Shown: in pieces, positions 27,080 through 38,677 of the stretch
Layout: each line of letters begins with the position of its first letter
Position numbering within the stretch: the first letter of the stretch is position 1
Notes under the pieces: generated by a model
What the model was told of the DNA's origin: nothing
Database searches by the model: none
The model's input: only the letters and a program-made list of their open reading frames with translations
Origin: Eledone cirrhosa
Lineage: Eukaryota
NCBI GenBank assembly: GCA_964016885.1
Contig: OZ024765.1
Location: 6,510,001 to 6,574,000, forward strand
Reading direction: 5' to 3'
Length of the DNA stretch: 64,000 nt
Translations under genes and position numbers: made by a program

Positions 27080-27125
<46 letters not shown>

Positions 27126-27131
<6 letters not shown>

Positions 27132-27261
27132 TCTGAAGACGGTGGGTAGTGAAGACGTGTGTATCTTTTTCTTACTATGATATTTTGTAATATGTTTTAC
27201 ATAGATCAATAATTGAATGAACATACAGGGAACTACCCCCCAGGAACGATCGTAAAATAAT
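27126..27261 (+). ncRNA. Degenerate type I hammerhead-like motif with extended stem II
   Basis: attattt CTGAAGA cggtgggtagt..(~80 nt)..actacccccca GGAA cgatcg TA aaataat; GAAA is mutated to GGAA. Confidence 0.5.
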
Positions 27262-27309
27262 GTGTTTTACTATGAATTAACAGTTTTGTGTTTAATTTCA
27301 TTGTTTTAA

Positions 27310-27350
<41 letters not shown>

Positions 27351-27437
27351 AAAAAATAAGCTAGATTTACCAATACTGCCTTTATCTAATGACAGAAAGC
27401 TGTAAAAGTATAAAAAATATATATTTCTTAATAATTA

Positions 27438-27670
27438 TTTCTACTTTAGACACAAGGCCAGTAATTTTGGGGAAGGGGAAAGTCGATTAAATCTACCCCA
27501 TTGCATTACTGGTACTTTATTTATCGACCCCCGTAAGGATGAAAGGCAAAGCTAACCTCGGCAGGAGTTGAAGTCAGAATGCAAGGGGCCGTAACTCTAT
27601 GCTGCAAAGCATGGTGTCCGACGCTCTACCGATTACTGCCAAATAATGATAGTGATAATAATAAATAATA

Positions 27671-27707
<37 letters not shown>

Positions 27708-27766
27708 TAATGATGGTAATGATTTTCTTTTTTATTTAATTATTTATTTATCATTCTTTACTTTAT

Positions 27767-27815
<49 letters not shown>

Positions 27816-29130
27816 TAACGGCTTGATTTAGGGACAAGGCCAACAATTTTTTTTGGTGGGGAGAGGGGGGGAGAAAGTGGATTACTGGTACTTCCTCTTC
27901 CAGAAGTATGATATAGTTGACCTCAACAGGATGTGAACTCGAGAGGTCAAGTATGGCAGTAAATGCTGCAATATATTCTCCCCCCCGATGCTCTACTGAT
28001 TCTGCCAATCCACCGCTCTTCATACTGCCTACTTTAGGCACAAGGCCAACAAATTTGACGGGAAGGGGGAGAAAGTCGATTATATCGACCCCACTGCATT
28101 ACTGGTACTTAATTTTACTGACAATTTGGGGGAGAAGTCGATTAAATCAACCCCAGTGCATTACTGGTACTTAATTTTACTGACAATTTTGGGGAGAAAG
28201 TGGATTAAATGAGCCCCAGTGCATTACTGGTACTTAATTTTACTGACAATTTGGGGGAGAAAGTGAATTAAATCAGACCCACTGCATTACTGGTACTTAA
28301 TTTTACTGACAATTTGGGGGAGAAGTCGATTAAATCAACCCCAGTGCATTACTGGTACTTAATTTTACTGACAATTTTGGGGAGAAAGTGGATTAAATGA
28401 GCCCCAGTGCATTACTGGTACTTAATTTTACTGACAATTTGGGGGAGAAGTCGATTAAATCAACCCCAGTGCATTACTGGTACTTAATTTTACTGACAAT
28501 TTGGGGGAAAAGTCGATTAAATCAGCCCCACTGCATTACTGGTACTTAATTTTACTGACAATTTGGGGTAGAAAGTCGATTAAATCAGCCCCACTGTATT
28601 ACTGGTACTTAATTTTACTGACAATTTGGGGGAGAAAGTGAATTAAATCAGCCCCACTGCATTACTGGTACTTAATTTTATCAAACCTGTAAGGAAGAAA
28701 GGCAAAGTTAACCTCAGCGGGATTTGAACTCAGATCATAAGGGGCCGTAACTCTATGCCGCAAAGCATGTCGTCCGACGCTCTACCGATACTGCCAAACA
28801 ACCGCCTCAATAATAAAAAAAAAAAATAAATAATAATAATAATAGTTTCTAATTTAGGCACAAGGCCAGCAATCTGGGTGGCGTGGTGCGAGATAGTTAG
28901 GGGTGTGGTGTGTGAGTGAGGGTGGGGGATTTTGCAGCCAGCCATTATTTCGGGGCCCCCTTCCCTTAAAACCTTGGAGGAGGGGGCAGGGGTCATTTAT
29001 ATGGTATCGACCCCAGAAACAATGAAAGGCTAAGCCAACCTCAGCGGGATTTGAACTCAGACCATAGACAACCATAGACTAAATAGGGCACAGCAGTTAC
29101 ATTCATCACTCCACCGATTCTGTCTGTCCA
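27438..29130 (-). mobile_element. Cluster of tRNA-derived Meta/MESC-type SINEs, one with an internal ~61-bp tandem array (28075-28680, ~10 copies)
   Basis: minus strand: tRNA-like head tggcagtatcggtagagcgtcggac..gagttcaaatccc and central gcctttcatccttacggggtcgataaaataaagtaccag; further copies at ~23630, 36010, 36300, 37925, 45035, 51320, 54695 and 56330(+). Confidence 0.75.
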
Positions 29131-29139
29131 CAGCATTAA

Positions 29140-29660
29140 TAGTAGTTGCAGCAGTAAGAGTAGTATTAGTAGTAGTAATAGTAGTAGTAGTAGTAGTATT
29201 TGTGGTGGTAGTGGTGGTGGTTGTTATTGTTGTTGTGGTAGTAGTAGTAGATTTGTGGTGGTGGTGGTTGTTGTGGTGGTGGTGGTTGTTATTGTTGTTG
29301 TGGTAGTAGTAGTAGTAGTAGATTTGTGGTGGTGGTGGTGGTGGTGGTTGTTATTGTTGTTGTGGTAGTGGTAGTAGTAGTAGTAGATTTGTGGTGGTAG
29401 TGGTGGTGGTGGTTGTTGTTGTTGTGGTAGTAGTAGTAGTAGTATTTGTTGCGATAGTAGTGGTTGTTATTGTGGTAGTGGTAGAGTTATTTGTTGTTGT
29501 TGTTGTTGTGTTAGTGGTGATAGTAGTTGTTATTGTTGGTGTGGTGGTATTAGTAGTGGTGGTGGTATTAGTACTAGTGGTATTCATGGTGGTGGTGGTG
29601 GTGGTGGTGGTGGCAGTAGCAGTGTTTGTTGTTGTTATTGTGGTAGTAATGGTGGTGGTG

Positions 29661-29736
<76 letters not shown>

Positions 29737-30331
29737 AAGTTGTGGTAATAGTAGTAGCAGTAATGGTGATGGTGGTGTGTGGTGGTAATGGTAGAAGTGG
29801 TGGTACATCATCATCACCTCTTCCACTTCCCCTATGCTCACATTTTCAAACCATATCCTCACCACCACCACCACCACCACCACCACCATCACTACCATTG
29901 CTGCCGCTATCACCATCATCATTAACACCACCACCATCAACACCATTATCACCACCACCACCATCTTCATCACCATTATCACTACCACCACAACCACAAC
30001 CATCATCAACACCACCACCATCACCATCATCCACACCACCATCACCACCAGCCATAAAGTCCCCTTCCCCCATCACTTTGTTCACCCCTTCTTTCTCCTT
30101 CCTCGCCTTCCAACCCTCGACCTCTAGCCCCCTCCCCCCCATGAAGGCCAAGCCATCCTCAAACACACACATACATATACGCACTAATGAAAACATGCAA
30201 ACACACATGCATACACTTACACACACTTTACATGTGGATATATCTGGTACACACACACACACAAGCATATAGACACATACACAGACACATAACATACAAA
30301 GGCACATACACAGAGATAGACAAACACACAC

Positions 30332-30362
<31 letters not shown>

Positions 30363-30900
30363 CACACACAAACACAGATATACAAAGACACACACACACT
30401 CACACACATAGACTTACATACATAGATATACAAAGACACACACATGCATACATAGGCACACACATACATACAAACATAGACACAGACACATACATACATG
30501 GACACACACACAGACACATACATGGACACACACAGACACATACATAGACACACTCACCTAGACACATACATACATGGACACACACACATACACATACATA
30601 GACACACAGACACTACATACATAGACACACACAGACACATACATACATAGACACACACACACAAACACATACATACACACAGACATACATACATAGACAC
30701 ACACAGACACTACATACATAGACACACAGACATACATACATAGATACACACACAGACACATACATACATAGACACACAGACAGACACTACATACATAGAC
30801 ACACAGACATACATACATAGATACACACAGACACAGACATACATAGACACACAGACAGACACATACATACATAGACACACACACACATCCATGTCCAGCG
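29140..30900. repeat. (GTG/GTA/GTT)n, (CAC/CAT)n and (CA/CAGA)n microsatellite block
   Basis: direct inspection; source of the poly-V/T/P ORFs. Confidence 0.95.
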
Positions 30901-31188
30901 TACTGTTGCACAATATGTGCTTTGCTGCCTCTTTCTGTGTGCAGTTATTCACATACACACATAAACAAACACATAAACAAACACGCACACAAACACACAC
31001 ACGCACACACACATGTCCATCTTCAGAGAACTGCTGCTGTTTCTGCTGCTGCACTGCATGCACCGTGCTCACCCTCCTCCTATGTGCAGTTGTTCAAACA
31101 AACACACACACACACACACACACACACATGCACACACACATCCGTCTTCAGACTGCTGCTGTAGTTGCTGCACCATGTGCACATTGCT

Positions 31189-31281
31189 CTATTTGCAGTT
31201 GTTCACCGCAGGCTTCTGTGCTGTCTCTGTTTCCGTATCGCTCACAAGTTCCTCGCTCTCGCTGCGTTCGTCTTTTTTCAC
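31189..31281 (-). CDS. CERS: CerS terminal coding exon with stop codon
   Basis: ttgcag|GTG AAA AAA GAC GAA CGC AGC ... AAA TAG; VKKDERSESEELVSDTETETAQKPAVNNCK*; DxRS motif plus acidic Ser-rich tail typical of CerS. Confidence 0.92.
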   Translation of the reverse strand: MKKDERSESEELVSDTETETAQKPAVNNCK

Positions 31282-31319
31282 CTGCAAAGGGTTAAAAGAA
31301 TAGAAAAGAAGGGGAAGAT

Positions 31320-31469
31320 GTTCATCAGTATCATCATCATCAACATCAACATCACCGTCAACATCATCACCATCATCACCAACATCATCATCATCAACAT
31401 CAACATCAACATCATCATCATCACTGTCAACATCATCACCATCATCACCAACATCATCACCATCATCAC

Positions 31470-31510
<41 letters not shown>

Positions 31511-31723
31511 CTGTCAACATCATCACCATCATCACCAACATCATCACCATCACTGTCAACATCATCACCATCATCACCAACATCATCACCATCATCGTCA
31601 TCACCGTCATGAACATCATGAACATCATCACCACCATCATCACCATCACTGTCAACATCATCACCATCATCACCAACATCATCATCGTCATCACCGTCAT
31701 CAACATCATCACCATCACCATCA
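31320..31723. repeat. (CAT/CAC)n trinucleotide repeat
   Basis: direct inspection. Confidence 0.95.
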
Positions 31724-31819
31724 TTTCATTACTCTGGAGTTTCACCTGTTTACCACAGGGTCATCAGATCCTGTGGTAAACAGGCGAAACTCCAGAGTAA
31801 CAAAACTCACTTTTTTGCC

Positions 31820-32008
31820 TTAACCCTCTACCATTTAAACCGGCCATATCTGGCCACTGGCCATAACTGGCCACTCATACTGATGTTAAGGTATTGTTCT
31901 CAAAATAAATAATATCAAAATCTCATAGATTCGATATTATGTAAGATAAAGACTTTACCGTGAAAATACAATAGAATATATAGAGAAATATAAATGTTAA
32001 AGGGTTAA
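31820..32008. mobile_element. Single unexpanded piggyBac-like MITE (~181 bp between TTAA sites)
   Basis: TTAA-ccctctaccattta ... taaatgttaaaggg-TTAA. Confidence 0.75.
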
Positions 32009-32812
32009 TATATCATCATTTCATTTTACGTCCGCTTTTCCCTGCTTGCAAGGGTGGGACGGGAACTGATTCTGGCTTGATTTCTACAGCTGGATGCCCT
32101 TCCTAACACCAACCTCATTTTCAGTGAGTGCTGGGTGCTTTTTTGCCGTGGCACCTCCACGACCACTTTGCAGGGGAATGATATGGACCCCAGTCCCTAT
32201 CATCTCATTTTTACAGCTGAGTAAACTGGAGCAATGTGAAATAAAGTGTCTTGCTCAAGGAAACAACATCACCCGGTTTGAGAATTGAACTCACAACCTT
32301 TCGATTGCAAGGCCAATGCTCTAACCACTAAGCCATGTGCCTCCATTATATGTATATTCAATCCAGGGCCTTTTCACTCCAGCCAGAGGAACCCCTCCCT
32401 GATTGACCTCTACTAGTTGTACACCCCATGCATGCAGGTTGGTGATGTGATTTAACCCATAGCTGGGTAAACTCATTTCTACAGCTGATCAAGGGCCTTT
32501 TCACTCCAACTGGAGGAACCCATCTATGATTGACCTCTACTGTTTTCTGTTTTGAGCTTTTGGTCAAGTAAGGGGTGTAGCTGTACTCACCATGCTTGGT
32601 TAATTGTGGGTTTGTGAGGCTATTTAACCCATAGCTGGGTAAACTCATTTCTACAGCTGAGTGAACTGGAGCAACGTGAAATAAAATGTCTTGCTCAAGA
32701 ACACAATGCAAAGCCTGGTTCGAGAATCGAACTCACAACCTCACAATTGTAAACCCAACGCTCTACCACTAAGCCATGCGCCTTCATAATATGTATTATA
32801 TGCATATGTGCG

Positions 32813-34379
32813 TAGTAGGCTTTTATATTTATATGTGAGCTGATAGAGTACAGTCTAAGGATTTACAGAAACCCATGAAGCTAGATTTAACACCTTTCTA
32901 GTGGGTCCGGGTATGATTTTACATTCATTTAAATTATTGACGTATTGTTTTATTGATATTTTTTATCTGTTTGGCCCGAATCTTCCTTTATCGATTTTAA
33001 ATCGTATGGTTGATTGTAGACTTGTTCTATATGTGACGGTATTTTAACGATAGTTATAGCTCTGATTCATCTGAATTATTGAGCCCTCTGCCGCTCATAT
33101 CGAATTTCGTTTTTCGTGAACTCGTGCGCCGATTTTTCGATACTCGATCTTTCTAATATATTTAGCTCTGGACATAGCTATCCACCAGTTAATTTTATTG
33201 CTCATTTTTTGTCGATTCTATTGAGTGATGAATAGCTTTTGTTTTATTTTAACATGTCTATTGAGCACTCTAATTCGATATGTGTATTTCCACATTCACT
33301 CGAATTGTTTTCGCGGATATAGGGGTCATCTCCCTTGTCTAATGCCATGTGCGTTTTTCACCGCTAGTTGACTCCTCTGCCGCCAGGAAAAAACTCGTTG
33401 ACAACGTAAACTCCATTCCACTTATTCTAGTAGGCTTTTATATTTATATGTGAGCTGATAGAGTACAGTCTAAGGATTTACAGAAACCCATGAAGCTAGA
33501 TTTAACACCTTTCTAGTGGGTCCGGGTATGATTTTACATTCATTTAAATTATTGACGTATTGTTTTATTGATATTTTTTATCTGTTTGGCCCGAATCTTC
33601 CTTTATCGATTTTAAATCGTATGGTTGATTGTAGACTTGTTCTATATGTGACGGTATTTTAACGATAGTTATAGCTCTGATTCATCTGAATTATTGAGCC
33701 CTCTGCCGCTCATATCGAATTTCGTTTTTCGTGAACTCGTGCGCCGATTTTTCGATACTCGATCTTTCTAATATATTTAGCTCTGGACATAGCTATCCAC
33801 CAGTTAATTTTATTGCTCATTTTTTGTCGATTCTATTGAGTGATGAATAGCTTTTGTTTTATTTTAACATGTCTATTGAGCACTCTAATTCGATATGTGT
33901 ATTTCCACATTCACTCGAATTGTTTTCGCGGATATAGGGGTCATCTCCCTTGTCTAATGCCATGTGCGTTTTTCACCGCTAGTTGACTCCTCTGCCGCCA
34001 GGAAAAAACTCGTTGACAACGTAAACTCCATTCCACTTATTCTAGTAGGCTTTTATATTTATATGTGAGCTGATAGAGTACAGTCTAAGGATTTACAGAA
34101 ACCCATGAAGCTAGATTTAACACCTTTCTAGTGGGTCCGGGTATGATTTTACATTCATTTAAATTATTGACGTATTGTTTTATTGATATTTTTTATCTGT
34201 TTGGCCCGAATCTTCCTTTATCGATTTTAAATCGTATGGTTGATTGTAGACTTGTTCTATATGTGACGGTATTTTAACGATAGTTATAGCTCTGATTCAT
34301 CTGAATTATTGAGCCCTCTGCCGCTCATATCGAATTTCGTTTTTCGTGAACTCGTGCGCCGATTTTTCGATACTCGATC

Positions 34380-34390
<11 letters not shown>
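32813..34390. repeat. 615-bp tandem repeat, ~2.6 apparently identical copies
   Basis: tagtaggcttttatattt at 32813, 33428 and 34043; third copy ends in (TA)n at ~34390. Confidence 0.95.
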
Positions 34391-34429
<39 letters not shown>

Positions 34430-34506
34430 AACAGAAATAACAAAGCAAACAATACAGTATAATGAAGATATATATTAGTTTAACACTCAAAATAATAGGA
34501 AAAGAG

Positions 34507-34542
34507 TCTTAACATTTCAGACACTAGTCCTTCATCAGAAGA
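34507..34542 (-). ncRNA. Minimal type I hammerhead-like motif (PLE type), sense to the CerS pre-mRNA
   Basis: minus strand: tctt CTGATGA a ggac-tagt-gtct GAAA tg TT aaga; stem I tctt/aaga; stem III reduced to ATGT. Confidence 0.5.
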
Positions 34543-34934
34543 TAGTATGAGAAATAGGAGACAATATACGATATACGAGGTTTAGCTGGCCTCCTGCGAG
34601 GTAGTTTCTTGGGTGCTTCAGTGATAGGGGCACCAGTCATACCATGAAAAGTAAAGTAAAACCTTCCAGGAGGTCAGCTAAACTTACATAAGTGTGAGCA
34701 GTAAATTTCATATTGATTATCTCCCTTGCTCTAACTTTATCACACGATATCTGTGCAAAGTTTTCTCTCTCTCTCTCTAGCACACCTTTTCTTTGATTCT
34801 GTCTATCATTTCTTTTACACAAACTCTCTCTCTCTCATCCACACACACACACATATAATGTCCATGTATCTATGTCTATCTCTTCTACAGACATACGGTT
34901 TCTCTCTCTCCATCTATATCTATCAATCTTACAT

Positions 34935-34970
<36 letters not shown>

Positions 34971-35015
34971 TTAAAAGAATAGAGGTGTAACACACAAGTT
35001 ATGATATATTGGTAA

Positions 35016-35373
35016 ACGGAAAAGAAAATGCTGACAAATTGTTCACAGTGAAAAATAGTTTAATTAGGAATAAGTGAGAATTAGTAATAGTATTGGTTAG
35101 TATTCAGTTTTGGTTTTAAGTTTTACCGGTTGCGCATTTCTAATGCTTTTCAAAAATAATTTTGAGATAGAGCGTCCGTGATGTTTGCTCTAATCAGATT
35201 AGAGCAAACATCACGGACGCTCTAACTCAAAATTATTTTTGAAAAGCATTAGAAATGCGCAACCGGTAAAACTTAAAACCAAAACTGAATACTAACCAAT
35301 ACTATTACTAATTCTCACTTATTCCTAATTAAACTATTTTTCACTGAACAATTTGTCAGCATTTTCTTTTCCG
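35016..35373. repeat. Near-perfect fold-back palindrome (~180-bp arms, 1-nt spacer)
   Basis: acggaaaagaaaatgctgacaaattg...gctctaatc a gattagagc...caatttgtcagcattttcttttccgt. Confidence 0.95.
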
Positions 35374-35508
35374 TATATATATATATATATATGTATATAT
35401 ATACAAGTATATATATATATATATACAAGTATATATATATATATATACAAGTATATATATATATATACAAGTATATATATATATATATATATATACATAT
35501 ACATACAA

Positions 35509-35723
<215 letters not shown>

Positions 35724-35790
35724 CACACATATACATCCATATATAGTGTCTGCTGTTATTAATAGTGTTACAAATTAATTAAGCTGTTAC

Positions 35791-35947
35791 CTCGCCAGTC
35801 TTTAAACGATGATAAAGAATCTTTGTAATAATAACAGTCCAGATAATATGCAGTAGCTGGAGAGACCCTAGCAATCCGTTGTACAGGTAATATATAGGGG
35901 CCATACCTGTCACAGTGGGGGCATAGTATAGGGTACTGTAGAGAATC
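35791..35947 (-). CDS. CERS: CerS coding exon H (last TM helices of TLC domain)
   Basis: tcacag|G ATT CTC ... GAG|gtaaca; 157 bp; ILYSTLYYAPTVTGMAPIYYLYNGLLGSLQLLHIIWTVIITKILYHRLKTGE (CerS 'NGLLxxLQxLHxxW'). Confidence 0.95.
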
Positions 35948-36287
35948 CTGTGAAACAAAGAGAAATAGAGAAAAATACAGATTACAATATATATATATAT
36001 AATAAATGTTTCTACTTTGGGCACAAGGCCAGCAATTTATCCCAGTGCATTACTGGTACTTTATTTTATCGACCCCCGTAAGGATGAAAGGCAAAGTTAA
36101 CTTTGGTGGGATTTGAACTCAGGCCATAAAGGGACGTAACTCTATGCTGGAAAGCATGGCGTCCCACCCTCCATCGATACTGCCAATCCACTGCCCTTGA
36201 CAATCATAATATAATAAAGGGAGGAGCGCGGGACTGTGTCCATGTTATATTTTTTTTATCCCGTTAGTAAAATAAGTTGGATTACTT

Positions 36288-36710
36288 TGAATAAATAATT
36301 GTTTCTACTTTTGGCACAAGGCCAGCAATTACCCAGTGCATTACTGGTACTTTATTTTATCGACCCCGGAAGGATGAAGGCAAAGTTAACTTCGGCGGGA
36401 TTTGAACTCAGATCATACAGGGAGATAACTCTATGCTCTGAATAAATAATTGTTTCTACGTTAGGCACAAGGCCAGCAATTACCCCAGTGCATTACTGGT
36501 ACTTTATTTTATCGACCCCGGAAGGATGAAGGCAAAGTTAACTTCGGCGGGATTTGAACTCAGATCATACAGGGAGGTAACTCTATGCTCTGAATAAATA
36601 ATTGTTTCTACGTTAGGCACAAGGCCAGCAATTACCCCAGTGTATTACTGGTACTTTATTTTATCGACCCCGTAAGGATGAAAGGCAAAGTTAACCTCGG
36701 CGGGATGAAT
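36288..36710 (-). repeat. ~151-bp tandem triplication of a Meta-type SINE segment
   Basis: tgaataaataattgtttctac at 36288, 36439 and 36591. Confidence 0.85.
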
Positions 36711-36776
36711 ATTACATAATTTATCTACTAAATTTCATAGCTGTTGATTAAACATAAATATTCTTATATATAATGT

Positions 36777-37500
36777 ATGGAGAAATACGTATGCAGTAGA
36801 TGTACAGGGAAATTAGACAGTAGAAGTCGCATTGATAGACACATTGTTCAAATGCAGGAGGGCGCTATAGATGTGATGGATAGCCTCCGGTACCTAGGTG
36901 ATCAGATTAGCATGGGAGGAGGGTGTTCCAAGGCAATAGTATCTAGAATAAGGACGGGTTGGAAGAAGTTTAGGGAGCTGCTTCCTCTGCTGACGAAGAA
37001 GGGTTTCTCCCTGCGTACGAAAGGCCGGTTGTATGATGCCTGTGTGAGGAGCGCAATGCTGCATGGTACTGAGACTTGGGCAGCAACTGCAGAGGATATG
37101 CGATGGCTGGAGAGAAATGAGGCAAGCATGCTCCGTTGGATGTGCAGTGTAAATGTGCGTGAACGACCCAGCATGTGTTGAGAGAGAAACTGTGTCTGAG
37201 AGGGATAGAATGTAGTGTACGGGAGAGGAGACTGAGGTGGTATGGACATGTGATGCGCATGGAGGATGACCGATGGGTGAAGAAGTGCCAGGAATTGCCA
37301 GTTGAAGGAAGACGTGGTAGAGGTAGACCACGAAAAACATGGGCGGAGGTGGTGAGAACAGACCTCAGATCATTGAAGCTCACGGTGGAGATGACAAGGG
37401 ACCGTGACGAGTGGAGAGATGCTGTGCTGAATAAGACCCGTCCCACCCTTGCAAGCAGGGAAAAGTGGACGTAAAATGATGATGATGATAATGATGATAA
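36777..37500 (+). mobile_element. 5'-truncated RTE (BovB-like) LINE: end of RT, C-terminus and (GAT)n tail
   Basis: RYLGD..RIRTGWKKFRELLPLL..KGRLYDACVRSAMLHGTETW, then (after a frameshift at ~37178) LRWYGHVMRM..GRGRPRKTW; tail ggacgtaaaatgatgatg. Confidence 0.92.
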
Positions 37501-38184
37501 TGATTGCTTATTTTAAGATTTACTTCTTTTAAAATTTCCAGATGCCAACACTTCCGGTTAGAGTCCGTTATATTATAACACTTATCACATCGCTTATATA
37601 GACATTCATATATTTGCATCATTATATAAGGTTTATATTTCTGTTGCTAATTTTCTACTTTTTCGTTTTCATAACATTTTAATTTATCATATATGCAGTT
37701 TATTATACTATTGTCTTTTTTAAATGTATCATGGATTACTTTACTGATTACAGAAGACAGTGTAACACAGACTCTCTTTAATTTCTGTGTATATTGTCAT
37801 TACGATTTTATTTGACATATCATATCTAAATGCATATATACTTGCGTATAATATCAATATACACACTACACATGCTAGCAGAAAAGCCCCTGGAGCGTGG
37901 TTTTTCTGCTAGTATGTATAATAATTGTTTCTACTTTTGGCACAAGGTCAACAATTACCCCAGTGTATTACTGGTACTTTATTCTATCGACCTCGTAACA
38001 ATGAAAGGCAAAGTTAACCTCGGTGGGATTTGAACTCTGGGCGTAAAGGGCCATAACTCTACGCATCAAAGCATGGTGTCTGACGCTCTACCGATCACTG
38101 CCAAGCCACCACTCACAATATATATATAATAATAGTTTCTGATTTTGGTATAAAACCAACAATTTTTGGGGTGCGCGGAGGAGG

Positions 38185-38389
38185 GTGATGGTGGTGGTGG
38201 TGATGATGATGGTGGTGGTGATAGTGATGCTGGTGGTGGTGGTGATGGTGATGGTGGTGGTGATGCTGGTGGTGATGGTGATGCTGGTGGTGATGGTGAT
38301 GATGGTGGTGGTGATGGTGATGATACTGGTGGTGATGGTGATGATGCTGCTGGTGGTGATGGTGATGATGCTGGTGGTGGTGGTGATTG

Positions 38390-38424
<35 letters not shown>

Positions 38425-38656
38425 GTGCTGGTGGTGGTGATGATGGTGGTGGTGGTGATGGTGGTGGTGATTGTGATGATGTAGATGGTGGTTTGGTGTT
38501 GGTGGTGGTGGTGGTGGTGGTGGTGATGGTGATTGTGATTCATGATGTAGATGTGGTGGTGGTGGTGGTGGTGGTGGTGTGGTGTTGGTGGTGCTGCTGC
38601 TGTTGGTGCTAATGCTGATGATGATGATGATGGTGATGCTGCTGCTGCTGCTGCTG
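38185..38656. repeat. (GGT/GAT/GCT)n trinucleotide repeat
   Basis: direct inspection. Confidence 0.95.
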
Positions 38657-38677
38657 GTATGACAGAGAGGTACCTAC

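Larger units (their letters stand above)
26147..27087 (+). mobile_element. Penelope-like (PLE) remnant: two ~220-bp direct repeats (offset 616 bp) plus an inverted partial copy, TA-flanked
   Basis: 26253-26470 is repeated at 26869-27086; 26147-26210 is the reverse complement of the repeat 3' end; each direct repeat carries a hammerhead motif. Confidence 0.65.

Noticed and set aside
32833-32885. Functional hammerhead or HDV-like ribozyme in the 615-bp unit
   Set aside because: CTGATAGA has an extra base, there is no UH site with a closing stem I, and the ggggtca/tgactcc pairing elsewhere in the unit lacks HDV P3/P1.1 topology
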